A DNA stretch of 64,000 bases from Eledone cirrhosa (taxonomy: Eukaryota). The DNA is taken from NCBI GenBank assembly GCA_964016885.1, contig OZ024743.1, forward strand, positions 186,496,001 through 186,560,000, in the 5' to 3' direction. The position numbers and the translations under genes were made by a program. Below are positions 1-13,573 of this stretch, piece by piece (positions within the stretch are counted from its first letter, which is position 1; each line of letters begins with the position of its first letter). The notes below the pieces were generated by a model. That model ran no database searches, was not told the origin of the DNA, and saw only the letters and a program-made list of their open reading frames with translations.

Positions 1-3000
1 AGTATAACAGTAATAACTGATGGTAGTGTTTCACTCCTATGTCAGCTCTGACTACTATATCTATAACATAGTATAACAGTAATAATTGATGGTAGTGTTA
101 CACTCCTAGGTCACCTCTAACTACTATATCTATAACATAGTATAATGCTAATAATTGATGTTAGTGTTTCCACCTAGGTCAGCTCCGACTACTATATCTA
201 TAACATAGTATAACAGTAATAATTGATGGTAGTGTTTAACTCCTAAGTCAGCTCTGACTACTATATCTATAACATAGTATAACAGTAATAATTGACGGTA
301 GTGTTTCACTCCTAGCTCAGCTCTAACTACTATTCTATAACTTAATATAACAGTAATAACTGATGGTAATGTTACACTCCTAAGTCAGCTCTAACTACTA
401 TATCTATAACATAGTATAACAGTAATAATTGATGGTAGTGTTTCACTCCTAGGTCAGCTCTAACTACTATATTTATAACATAGTATAACAGTAATAATTG
501 ATGGTAGTTTTACACTCCTAAGTCAGCTCTAACTATTATATCTGTAACATAGTATAACAGTAATAATTGATGGAAGTGTTTCACTCCTAGGTCAGCTCTA
601 ACTACAATATCTATAACATAGTATAACAGTAATAATTGATGGTAGTGTTTCACTCCTAGGTCTGCTCTAACTACTATATCTATAACATAGTATAACAGTA
701 ATAATTGATGGTAGTGTTTCACTCCTAGGTCAGCTCTAACTACTATATCTATAACATAGTATAACAGTAATAACTGATGGTAGTGTTACACTCCTAAGTC
801 AGCCCTGACTACTATATCTATAACATAGTATAACAGTAATAACTGATGGTAGTCTTTCACTCCTAGGTCAGCACTAACTACTATATCTATAACATAGTAT
901 AACAGTAATAACTGATGGTAGTGTTTCACTCCTAAGTCAGCTCTAACTACTATATCTATAACATAGTATAACGGTAATAATTGATGGTAGTGTTGCACTC
1001 CTAAGTCAGCTCTAACTACTATATCTATAACATAGTATAACAGTAATAATTGATGGTAGTGTTTCACTCCTAGGTCAGCTCTAACTACTATATCTATAAC
1101 ATAGTACAACGGTAATAATTGATGGTAGTGTTTCACTCCTAAGTCAGCTCTAACTACTATATCTATAACATAGTATAACAGTAATAATTGATGGTAGTTT
1201 TACACTCCTAAGTCAGCTCTGACTATTATATCTATAACATAGTATAACAGTAATAATTGATGGTAGTGTTTCACTCCTAGATCAGCTCTAACTACTACAT
1301 CTATAACATAGTATAACAGTAATAATTGATGGTAGTGTTTCACTCCTAAGTCAACTCTGACTACTATATCTATAACATAGTATAACAGTAATAATTGATG
1401 GTAGTGTTTCACTCCTAACTAAGCTCTGACTACTATATCTATAACATAGTATATCAGTAATAACTGATGGTAGTGTTTCACCCCTAAATCAGCGCTAACT
1501 ACTATATCTATAACATAGTATAACAGTAATAATTGATGGTAGTGTTTCACTCCTAGGTCAGCTCTGACTACTATATCTATAACATAGTATAACAGTAATA
1601 ATTGATGGTAGTGTTTCACTCCTAAGCCAGCTCTAACTACTATAACTATAACATAGTATAACAGTAATAATTGATGGTAGTGTGTCACTCCTAGGTCAGC
1701 TCTAACTACTATATCAATAACACAGTATAACAGGAATAATTGATGGTAGTGTCTCACTTCTAGGTCAGCTCTAACTACTATATCTATAACATAGTATAAC
1801 AGTAATAACTGATGGTAGTGTTTCACTCCTAGGCCAGCTCTAACTTGTATATATATAACATAGTATAACAGTAATAACTGATGGTAGTGTTTCACTCCTA
1901 TGTCAGCTCTGACTACTATATCTATAACATAGTATAACAGTAATAATTGATGGTAGTGTTACACTCCTAGGTCACCTCTAACTACTATATCTATAACATA
2001 GTATAATGCTAATAATTGATGTTAGTGTTTCCACCTAGGTCAGCTCCGACTACTATATCTATAACATAGTATAACAGTAATAATTGATGGTAGTGTTTAA
2101 CTCCTAAGTCAGCTCTGACTACTATATCTATAACATAGTATAACAGTAATAATTGACGGTAGTGTTTCACTCCTAGCTCAGCTCTAACTACTATTCTATA
2201 ACTTAATATAACAGTAATAACTGATGGTAATGTTACACTCCTAAGTCAGCTCTAACTACTATATCTATAACATAGTATAACAGTAATAATTGATGGTAGT
2301 GTTTCACTCCTAGGTCAGCTCTAACTACTATATTTATAACATAGTATAACAGTAATAATTGATGGTAGTTTTACACTCCTAAGTCAGCTCTAACTATTAT
2401 ATCTGTAACATAGTATAACAGTAATAATTGATGGAAGTGTTTCACTCCTAGGTCAGCTCTAACTACAATATCTATAACATAGTATAACAGTAATAATTGA
2501 TGGTAGTGTTTCACTCCTAGGTCTGCTCTAACTACTATATCTATAACATAGTATAACAGTAATAATTGATGGTAGTGTTTCACTCCTAGGTCAGCTCTAA
2601 CTACTATATCTATAACATAGTATAACAGTAATAACTGATGGTAGTTTTACACTCCTAAGTCAGCTCTAACTACTATATCTATAACATAGTATAACGGTAA
2701 TAATTGATGGTAGTGTTTCACTCCTAAGTCAGCTCTAACTACTATATCTATAACATAGTATAACAGTAATAATTGATGGTAGTGTTTCACTCCTAGGTCA
2801 GCTCTAACTACTATATCTATAACATAGTACAACGGTAATAATTGATGGTAGTGTTTCACTCCTAAGTCAGCTCTAACTACTATATCTATAACATAGTATA
2901 ACAGTAATAATTGATGGTAGTTTTACACTCCTAAGTCAGCTCTGACTATTATATCTATAACATAGTATAACAGTAATAATTGATGGTAGTGTTTCACTCC

Positions 3001-4190
3001 TAGATCAGCTCTAACTACTACATCTATAACATAGTATAACAGTAATAATTGATGGTAGTGTTTCACTCCTAAGTCAACTCTGACTACTATATCTATAACA
3101 TAGTATAACAGTAATAATTGATGGTAGTGTTTCACTCCTAAGTCAACTCTGACTACTATATCTATAACATAGTATAACAGTAATAGCTGATGGTAGTGTT
3201 TCACTCGTAGATCAGCTCTAACTTCTATATCTATAACATAGAATAACAGTAAAATTGATGGTAGTGTTACAGTCCTAAGTCAGCTCTAACTACTATATCT
3301 ATAACATAGTATAACAGTAATAATTGATGGTAGTGTTTCACTCCTAGGTCAGCTGTGACTACTATATCTATAACATAGTATAACAGTAATAATTGATGGT
3401 AGTGTTTCACCCCTAGATCAGCTCTAACTACTATATCTATAACATAGTATAACAGTAATAATTGATGGTAGTGTTTCATTCCTAAGTCAGCTCTGACTAC
3501 TATATCTATAACATAGAATAACAGTAATAATTGATGGTAGTGTTTCACTCCTAAGTCAGCTCTGACTACTATATCTATAACATAGTATAACAGTAATAAT
3601 TGATGGTAGTGTTTCACTCCTAGGTCAGCTCTAACTACTATATCTATAACATAGTATAACAGTAATAATTGTTGGTAGTGTTTCACTCCTAGGTCAGCTC
3701 TAACTACTATATCTATAACATAGTTTAACAGTAATAATTGATTTTAGTGTTTCACTCCTAAGTCAGCTCTGACTACTATATCTATAACATAGTATAACAG
3801 TAATAATTGATGATAGTGTTTCACTCCTAGTTCAGCTCTAACTACTATATCTATAACACCGTATAACAGTAATGATTGATGGTAGTGTTTCACTCCTAAG
3901 TCAGCTCTGACTACTATATCTATAACATAGTATAACAGTAATAATTGATGGTAGTTTTTCACTCCTAGGTCAGCTCTAACTATTAGATCTATAACACAGT
4001 GTAACAGTAATATTTGATGGTAGTGTCTCACTCCTAAGTCAGCTCTGTCTACTATATCTATAACATAGTATAACAGTAATAATTGATGATAGTGTTTCAC
4101 TCCTAATCCAGCTCTGACCACTATATCTATAACATAGTATAACAGTAATAATTGATGGTAGTGTTTCACTCCTAGGTCATCTATAACCAA
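1..4190. repeat. 69-bp minisatellite/satellite array, about 60 copies, running off the left edge of the window
   Basis: Unit approx. CTATAACATAGTATAACAGTAATAATTGATGGTAGTGTTTCACTCCTAGGTCAGCTCTAACTACTATAT repeated head-to-tail. It produces the repetitive minus-strand KHYHQLLLLYYVIDIVVRADLGV ORFs. Confidence 0.98.
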
Positions 4191-4374
4191 AGACATTGTA
4201 TTCAATACCATAACTGTCTTTTTGTATATCTAGGACTGTATTGTGGTACATAGCCTCTTTTATGGAAAGGTGTGATTTAAAAAGAATTTTGGTTAGTATT
4301 TTTAATATGGTGATTGAACATGTAGAGGCTCCTTTATTGTTATTACAGTTAGACGTGTTACATAACACAATGTG

Positions 4375-5295
4375 ACAATTATAACTACCAGCACTATATC
4401 TATGTCTGACTCTGTTAAGCAATTATAAATACCAGCTCTATATCTATGCGTGACTCAGTTAATTAAACACTTATAACTACCACCTCTATATCTATGTTTA
4501 ACACAGTGAGTTATACAATTATCACTATCAGCTCTACATCTATGTGTAACAAAGTTAGTTTTACAATTATAACTACCACCTCTATATCTATGGGTGACTG
4601 AGTTAGTTAAACAATTATAACTACCACCTCTATATCTATGTGTGACTCAGTTTGTTAAACAATTATAACTACCACCTCTATATCTATGGGTGACTGAGTT
4701 AGTTAAACAATTATAACTACCACCTCTATATCTATGTGTGACTCAGTTTGTTAAACAATTATAACTACCACCTCTATATCTATGTGTGACACAGTTAGCT
4801 AAACAATTATAACTACCACCTCTATATCTATGTGCGCCTCAGTTAGTTAAACAATTATAACTACCAGCTCTATATCTATGTGTGACTCAGTTAGTTAAAC
4901 AATTATAACTACCACCTCTATATCTATGTGTGACTCAGTTAGTTAAACAATTATAACTACCACCTCTATATCTATGTGTGACACAGTTAGTTAAACAATT
5001 ATAACTACCACCTCTATATCTATGTGCGCCTCAGTTAGTTAAACAATTATAACTACCACCTCTATATCTATGTGTGACACAGTTAGTTAAACAATTATAA
5101 CTACCACCTCTATATCTATGTGTGACTCAGTTAGTTAAACAATTATAACTACCACCTCTATATCTATGTGCGCCTCAGTTAGTTAAACAATTATAACTAC
5201 CACCTCTATATCTATGTGTGACTCAGTTGGTTAAACAATTATAACTATCAACTCTATATCTATGTGTAACAGTCAGTTAAACAATTATAACTATT
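4375..5295. repeat. 48-bp minisatellite, about 19 copies
   Basis: Unit TTATAACTACCACCTCTATATCTATGTGTGACTCAGTTAGTTAAACAA. The phase recurs at 4621, 4861 and 5101 (5x48). Stops occur in all six frames. Confidence 0.97.
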
Positions 5296-5679
5296 AAGTT
5301 TGTTACACGGTACAATACAGCCAGTTAAGCTGATGTTGTTATAGTAACTATTTATGTCCCGCTCAAGCATTAAGCATTCCATCTGTTTTCTGTGTCTTAT
5401 TGTATAAAAAACACATTTTCCAATATTCTCTTCTTTTTATGAAATGACAGTATCCTAATTTAGGGAAATTTAGTTGGTATTTCTATCATTTAAATGGTAA
5501 CATATATTGCGAAGGAAATTAGGTAGATATTACAATTCAATTTTAAATTTAAAAGTGATTCTATTATTTTACTGTGATCATGCAGGGATACCAGTTTTAT
5601 GAGATTTTTAGTCACTCTATCAACACAGGTACTTATTGTAGTCTGGTATTAATTTTATTGATCTCAATTTGTCACATCA

Positions 5680-6370
5680 GTAAATTCAACCACAGTTTTA
5701 GCACTTTGGGTTTTAAAATAACTATAGACACTAATTTCATTATAGTTGACTTTTTTGATGTTATCCTAGATTTAACATCTAACTTGTAGAAACCACTCAA
5801 ATAACAAAATGAGAAACTTTCTTATTTTTATGTAGTATCATAACCATTCCCCAGTTTTAAAGGACCTTATCAACATAATTAGCTGAAGGAATTCCAAGAA
5901 AGAAATGTTCAATAAGGCAACCTCAATATTACTTTATTAGTTCAGCAATTCAAAGAGAATATTATCTACTCACCTTACTCTTCAAGTTAAGAAGAGGCAC
6001 CATAATAAAACATAGTTTTAACACCACTTTTCATTCTACTAAATCTAATATAGAAAGAATCTTTCTAACCTTAATAGCCAAGCAATTCCCTGCCAACCAT
6101 AAATATAGAAAACTCTTTAATCAACACAGCTTGAAATTAAGCCAGAGTTGCACCACCAACATAAAAAATGTTATATTATACCCATTAACAAAACTGAATC
6201 TACATGTTCATGCAAAAAAATAACACATACCCATTAGATAAATCCTGCAATGCAGAAGCCATAAATTATGAGACAAAGGTCACCTATATGAACCCCAACT
6301 TTGACATGGCATTTAAATGTGATCTAGGCATAAAGGAAATCGAAGCAAATAGTCTATAATCGTTTAGATA
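5680..6370 (+). mobile_element. Degenerate Penelope-like element fragment (RT C-terminal region)
   Basis: FKITIDTNFIIVDFFDVILDLT resembles the PLE RT segment (ITI..N...V.FLDV.LDL), followed by a decayed downstream region with stops. Confidence 0.6.
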
Positions 6371-6571
6371 TGGTGAAAAAAAAAATATATGTACACATAT
6401 GTACATATATATATGCATAGATATTTATATATGTGGTTCTGTTGCCTTATTGTCATTTGACCCTTTGACATCAGCATTCGTTAGTTAGTCTCATTCTTCA
6501 GTTTGCATAAATCAGTACTTATTACTACTACCATTGAAAATGATTTTACTATCTTTTTATATCTGTGTAAG

Positions 6572-6686
<115 letters not shown>

Positions 6687-7967
6687 GGTAAATAGTCAGG
6701 ACCCCAACGGCTGAGCTCCGGCCATTTTGACAGCTATTATCTCATTCTTCATTTTCATTTTACTTTCTCTAATGTTTAATGCTGGCATGGCCTTGATAGG
6801 GCATTACAGACCAAGTCAATACTTAATTGATGTTACTTCCTAGGGGGACTGGAAGACCATATCTCACACAGATATATTGGTCTGGTTTCAATGGCTGGAT
6901 GCTCTTCCTATCATCAACTACTCCACAGGGTATATTGAGTAGATTTTATCATAGCTCCACCACAAGAAAGGTTGTTTTGTTCTTGATGTAATTGAAAAAT
7001 CTTCTCTGCATGATATTGTTATCATTCGATGCCAACCACTTTATGGCGTGTACTAAGTATTTTTCAAAGTGGACCAACACTAGAACGGTGACCTTGGTGC
7101 AAGTAACACATGATCAATGAGTGAAGAGAAAAGAAAAGAGTTTGGTAAACACCTTTTTCCATGGAAGTTGGGGGGGGGGGGGGTCAGTAGTAAGGATAGA
7201 AGGGAGCAATAAGGTAGGCATGTGTATAGATATATGTTTATGTGTATTGGTAAGGAAAACAGAGTGGTGTAGCAACATGCTGGTTTTTGGTAGGGGGTTA
7301 AGTATTTAACAACAGGTGGGGTGCAGAGAAGAGAGGCAATGGCTGGGGTGAGGGTGAGAATGTCCAGTAGTAGGAGGTTCTCTGTCAAAAAGGGGATATG
7401 GCTATGTTTTACTTTAAAAGATGATGATTCCATCATTCAATGATAGAAGGAGTATTGTGATCAATGAGAATTGAATTAATTTTTTACCTGAATGTTAACT
7501 TTTCAAAAGAGATCAAATAGTATGATATTAAACTAAATAGCCCTTCATTAAGAACAATTCTGATTACATTTATAGCTACATTTCAATCTGGTGTATATTG
7601 TCATCATCGTTTAACATCCATCTTCCATGGTAGCATGACTTAGACGGTTTTGTTCCATTTGATGCAGGAATGGTTGGGAGACCATGTCTCGCTCATACGG
7701 AAGTGTCTATGGCAGGTTTTTTTTTACAGCTGAATGTCCTTCCTAACACCAACCACATTTACAGTGTGAACTGGGAGCCTTTTTACCATGTCTCCTACAC
7801 GACCACCTTATAGTGCGGACTGTTGTGTCCTCAACACAGTGGATGGAACGGGAAAAGGTGGAAGGGGTAGGGTGTGTGGGGTATGGCATACATTGGGTTA
7901 ACAGGTGCCTACTGACTGTAGGTCTGTATGCAATGGCAGTCGGGCCTTCTGTACAACTGCATATGTT

Positions 7968-8002
<35 letters not shown>

Positions 8003-8089
8003 GTATATATATATCTATATATCTATATATCTATATATCTATATATGTATATATATATTTATATATGTATATATATATGTATATATATA

Positions 8090-10340
8090 ATTTAGGAAAG
8101 CCCTTCAAGATGTATATGACGAAAAAGAAGACGATTTAGAGACGTATGACATAGATAATAACTGGAATTTCTTACGTGACAACTTGCTGAAGACTACTGA
8201 TGAAACTTGTGGCTGGAGCTGAGCTCCAACCAGACAGAGAGTGACCTGCTGGTGGAACAGCACAGTAGATAGGGCCATTAGAGACAAAAGACTAGCATGG
8301 AAGGCTTGGGAAAAGGGTGGGAGTAGAGAAGGATATACAGCCACTAAGAGAGAAGCTAGACGTCAGGTGTACTTAGCACGCAGGGAGGCGGAGAGTAGAA
8401 GGTTTGCCAATGTTCTGCGACGGGAAGATCAGAGGCGTGCAGTGTTCCACATTGCAAGGCAGTGTGTCATTGCAAATCAGGATGTTGTTGGAGATAAATG
8501 TGTCCGGGATGATGCCGGTGTACTTAGTGTCACAAATGATCAGAAAAAGGAGGCCTGGAAATGTCATTATGAGAGACTGATGAATGTGGAGAACGAATGG
8601 GAGAGAGAGAAATTATCCTTAGTAGATCCAACAGAGGGACCAGCTATTGAGATTGACGAATATAGGGTCCAAGAGGCGATTAGGGAATGAAAAATGGTAA
8701 GGCTGCTGGACCATCGGGAATAGTTGCTGAGATGCTGAAGGCATCAGGGGATGTAGGCACTAAACTGGTTGCACGCATCTTCAATCAGGCTATATATGGT
8801 GGTGTCATACCCAAAGACTGGTGTAGCAGTATTCTCATAAATTGCTACAAAGGTAAAGGGGATTTTCTGGAGAGGAGCAATTATAGGGGTATAAAACTGA
8901 TGGATCAGGTTATGAAAGTGGCAGAAAGGATATTAGCACAACTAATTAGAGAAAGGGTCAAACTAGATGAGATGCAGTTTGGTTTTGTGCCTGGGAAGAG
9001 TACAACAGATGCCCTCTTCTTGGTGAGACAATTGCAAGAGAAGTTCTTAGAGAAAAATAAGCCACTATACTTAGCCTTTGTTGACCTAGAGAAGGCCTTT
9101 GATAGGGTACCCCAATCTGTCATCTGGTGGTCCCTAAGGAAACTAGGTGTTGAGGAATGGCTTGTGAGGACAGTGCAAACTTTGTACAGAGGTACTCTCA
9201 GTAAAGTCAGGGTAGGAATGGAGTTTAGTGAGGGATTCCAGATACAAGTAGGAGTACATCAGGGTTCGGTCCTCAGCCCGCTCTTGTTCATTATAGTCCT
9301 CCAAGCCATAACAGAGGAGTTTAAGACTGGCTGTCCATGGGAACTTCTCTATGCTGACGATCTGGTTCTTATAGCAGAATCAGTAGAGGAGCTAGAGAAT
9401 AAATTCTGGCTATGGAAACAGCAGTTGGAAGCAAGAGGACTGAGAGTGAACCTAGCTGAGACAAAAGTGTTGATGAGTAGAAAAGAGGACAAAACCCTGA
9501 TTCCATCAGGGAAATGGCCATGTTCGATATGCAGAAAAGGAACTGGCATAAATTCTATAAAATGCACACAATGCAGAACCTGGGTACACAAGAGATGTAG
9601 CGGGATAGCAGGCAAACTAACAGGTAGGGAGAAATATGTATGCAGTAGATATACAGGGAAATTAGACAGTAGAAGTTGCATTGATAGACACTTTTTCAAA
9701 TGCAGGAGGGCGCTATAGAAGTGGTGGATAGCTTCTGGTACCTAGGAGATCAGATTAGCATGGGAGCAGGGTGTTCCGAGGGCATAGTATCTAGAATAAG
9801 GACGGGTTGGAAGAAGTTTAGGGAGCTGCTTCCTCTGTTGACGAAGAAGGGTTTCTCCCTGCGGTTGTATGATGCCTGTGTGAGGAGCGCGATGCTGCAT
9901 GGTAGTGAGACATGGGCAGCAACTGCAGAGGATATGCGATGGCTGGAGAGAAATGAGGCAAGCGTGCTCCGTTGGATGTGCAGTGTAAATGAGCGTGAAC
10001 GACCCAGCATAAATGTGTTGAGAGAGAAACTGTGTCTGAGAGGGATAGAATGTAGTGTACGGGAGAGGAGACTGAGGTGGTATAGACATGTGATGCGCAT
10101 GGAGGATGACCGATGGGTGAAGAAGTGCCAGGAAATGCCAGTTGAAGGAAGACGTGGTAGAGATAGACCACGAAAAACATGGGCGGAGGTGGTGAGAACA
10201 GACCTCAGATCATTGAAGCTCACGGTGGAGATGACGAAGGACCGTGACGAGTGGAGAGATGCTGTGCTGAATAAGATCCGTCCCACCCTTGCAAGCAGGG
10301 AAAAGCGGACGTAAAATGATGATGATGAGGATGATGATAA
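8090..10340 (+). mobile_element. RTE-clade LINE, family A, 5'-truncated, with two frameshifts
   Basis: ORFs 8241-8690, 8687-9718 and 9700-10314 contain RT motifs (KGKGD..NYRGI, QFGF, AFVDLEKAFD, GVHQGSVLSPLLF, LLYADD) and the RTE C-terminus (RLRWY.HV.RM, GR.R.RP.KTW). Ends in an (ATG)n tail and is flanked by TA microsatellites on both sides. Confidence 0.95.
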
Positions 10341-10363
10341 TATATGTATATATATTTATATCT

Positions 10364-10453
<90 letters not shown>

Positions 10454-10510
10454 GTATATATATATCTATATATCTATATATGTATATATATAATATATGT
10501 ATATATATTT

Positions 10511-12690
10511 ATCATCATCATCATCATCATCACCGTTTTACGTCCGTTCTTCCACGCTAGCATGAGTTAGACGGGTTGTCCTGTTGTGGGCAGTGTCTGG
10601 TCGGCTGACCATGCCTTGCTCATACAGGAACTGATTTGGCTTGATTTCTACAGCTGGATGCCTTTCCTAACACCAACCTCATTTACAGTGAGTGCTGGGT
10701 GCTTCTTCGTGGCGCCTACACGTCCACTTTACAGTGTGGGCTGGGTGCTTTTTTGCCGTGGCACCTCCACGACCACCTTGCAGTGGGGGGTGTGGGGGCA
10801 TATTGTCTATATGCTTCAGCTTGTACCCATGGGAGGTCGGGTACTCTGTATTACTGCGTGACGCCAGAGGTCACGGTCATGTGTCATCGCCTTTGAGAGG
10901 TGTAATTGGGTAAGGTCGGCTTTTATCACCTCATCCCAGGTCATCTTGGGTCTCCCCACTCCACGGTTTCCATCGACTTCTAGTGATCTTCATTTTTTTA
11001 TGCAGCTGTCATCCTTCATACGCATCACATGTCCATACCAACGCAACCGCCTCTCCTGCACACAGCATTTGATTCCTCTTATGCTCAGTCTCTCTCTCAA
11101 TTCATTTATGCTTTGTCGTTCGCGTATATTACTATTACACATCCATCGGAGCATGCAGGCTTCGTTTCTCTCTAATCTACGTAAGTCTTCCACCTTCAGC
11201 GCCCAGGTCTCACTACCATGCAACATCGCTGTTCGGATACATGCATCATACAGTTTGCCTTTCATTTTGAGGGAGAAGCCTTTTGCAGCTAGCAGTGGTA
11301 GTAGTTCCCTAAACTTCTTCCATCCCGTTCTTACCCTAGTTATTGTACTTTCTGAACACCCACCTCCGCTGCTAATTCGGTCACCTAGGTAGCAGAAGCT
11401 GTCTACTGTTTCTACAGAGCCCTCCCAGAGATTGGTGGTACCTGTTTCCTGTGGCTGTTTGCTGCTTGCTGTCCCAGCACAGCTGCTGCATGTGAAGCCT
11501 ACATTCTTAATTAAGCTTCCTGAGATCCCGCTACATCTCTTGTGTACCCATTGTTTGCATTTGGGGCAGAGAATGGAGTTCCTACCTACACATTTCCTTC
11601 ATACTGAACAAGGCCATTTCCCTGAGGGGATCTGGGTTCTGTTTTCTCGTCTACTTACAAAGACCTTAGTCTTTGTCATGTTGACTTTGAGACTCTTTCT
11701 TTCTAGTCCCTGCTTCCAAGTTTGGAATTTCTTCTCTAGTTCTACCATAGATTCAGCTATAAGTGCGAGGTCATCAGCATACAGGAGTTCCCATGGGCAT
11801 CCGGTCTTAAACTCCTCCGTTATTGCCTGCAGGACTATGATGAACAGGAGGGGACTAAGAACAGAGCCCTGTATGCTAAATTCCTCGCTATACTCATTGC
11901 TAATCCTAACTTTGCTGACTGCTCCTCTATACATGGCTTGTACCGCTTTCACAAGCCATTCACGTGGAACTCTGTCATAGGCTTTCTCAAGATCGGCGAA
12001 TGCCTGGTAGAGTGGCTTACTTTTAGCTAGGTACTTTTCCTGTAACTGCCTCACAAGGAAGAGGGCATCAGTGGTGCCTCTTCCTGGTACAAACCCAAAT
12101 TGCATCTTGTCTAGTTTCACCCAGTCCCTAATCAACTGTGCTATAACTCTTTCTGTTACTTCCATGACCTGGTCCATCAGCTTTATACCTCTATAGTTTC
12201 CTCTATCTAGTGCATCACCTTTACCTTTGTAGCAGTTGACAATGATGCTACTGCACCAATCTTTTGGTATGACACCTTCTAGTATTACCTGGTTAACAAT
12301 ACGTGTGGTTATAGTGTGACCTACAGACCCAGATGCCTTCAGCATCTCGGCAGCTATACCCGATGGACCGGTTGCCTTGTACTGCTGGCCCCTCTATAGG
12401 GTCTACTGGGGTAGGGTCTCTTCTTCCCATGCATTCTCCTCATTTAGTAATCTATCATAATGACTCTTCCATGCATCTTTCTTCTCAGCACTTGTGAGGG
12501 CAAGCTCACCTTTATCATTCCAGATACACTTCTCTCCAATGACATCACAACTATCTCTGACACACTGCCTCACAATCTTGAACACCTCCTGTTTCTGGTC
12601 CTCACGTTGCAAAACATGCTTGAATTTTCTATCCTCTGCTTCCCTCCTAGCTAAGTATACTTGTCGCCTAGCTTCCCTCTTGGTCTCTAT
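10511..12690 (-). mobile_element. RTE-clade LINE, family B, 5'-truncated, tail-to-tail with the family A copy
   Basis: Minus-strand ORFs 12403-12612, 11599-12345 and 10990-11265 carry RT motifs (YADD, DLEKAYD). 3'UTR at about 10535-10860 and a (GAT)n tail at 10511-10532. Confidence 0.95.
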
Positions 12691-12695
12691 GTAAT

Positions 12696-12793
<98 letters not shown>

Positions 12794-12827
12794 CATGCAT
12801 GTGTGTGTATATATATATATATATATA

Positions 12828-13070
12828 TAACAAAGAAGATGTGGTAAGAAACCAGGTGGACCATGACACACCAGAGTACTTGATACTTAGGGTAGTAGAA
12901 TGGGTAATAGGAAAAGAGTCAGGACCCCGACAGCTGAGCTCCAGCCATTTCCACAGCTAGATCTGAACACCTCAGAGAGAAACCTGAGAAATGTTGTGGG
13001 CAGCTGTTCGATTTATTCAAAATAAATTGAACAGTTGCCTACCACAATTCTCAGGTTTCTCTCTGAGGTG
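12828..13070. mobile_element. Interspersed PLE-pLTR-like repeat ending in a ~105-bp fold-back hairpin (12966-13070)
   Basis: 12828-12950 is homologous to 46367-46470 and partly to 6690-6735. The CACCTCAGAGAGAAACCTGAGAA...TTCTCAGGTTTCTCTCTGAGGTG arms form an inverted repeat. Confidence 0.6.
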
Positions 13071-13573
13071 CCCCCTACAGACTCCCCTTGATAATGGATG
13101 GTATATGCAAAGATATTTGGGATTATTAAAAATTGCGAAGGTAACTTCTTACCATCCCCACTCTTTAACTTTACTTCACTGTGTTTTTTCTCTTCTCTTA
13201 CTTTCTTTTTACCTTTGCATTTTTACCAAACACACATTGTCGGGCATACAAATAAACAAATGTATTTGTATTTGTATCTCATATTCCACAATGCTTCAAG
13301 CAAACTACCAGTCTTTATATATATATATGTAAAAGGTAAACAGAAATAACAAAAATAACAAAACAAATGGCACTGTAGAGGGAAGAAATATATTAGTTTA
13401 ATACTTGAAATAGCAGGAAGAGAGCCTTAACATTTCGAACACTAGTCCTTCATCTGAAGATAGAGTTAGCAATAGAAGATAAATAGAAAGTAAAGAGTGA
13501 TAAGAGGCAGGAATGGAGAAAAATGAAGAGAAAAGAAATGTGCATATTCAGTCGGCCATCTATCTATCTATCT

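Noticed and set aside
510-4211. Repetitive KHYHQLLLLYYVIDIVVRADLGV ORFs as a repeat protein, or the array as CRISPR
   Set aside because: Frequent stops and indels, no real ATG starts or splice signals, no unique spacers and no cas genes. This is a eukaryotic minisatellite.
7487-7559. Possible alpha2delta exon ending ..SYYLISFEKLTFS/gtaaaa
   Set aside because: No in-frame phase-0 acceptor and weak similarity.
9349-11980. 100-210 aa ORFs antisense to RTE copies (also 39650-40768 and 60254-60810)
   Set aside because: Shadow ORFs of the RT coding strand, with no independent motifs.
13420-13460. Additional hammerhead-like relics (13420-13460 -, 41535-41580 -, 52805-52860 +, 27141 +)
   Set aside because: Core nucleotides are mutated (CAGATGA, CTGATAA, CCGATGA/GTAA) or no GAAA/stem III is present. 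Probably dead PLE remnants, so not called.
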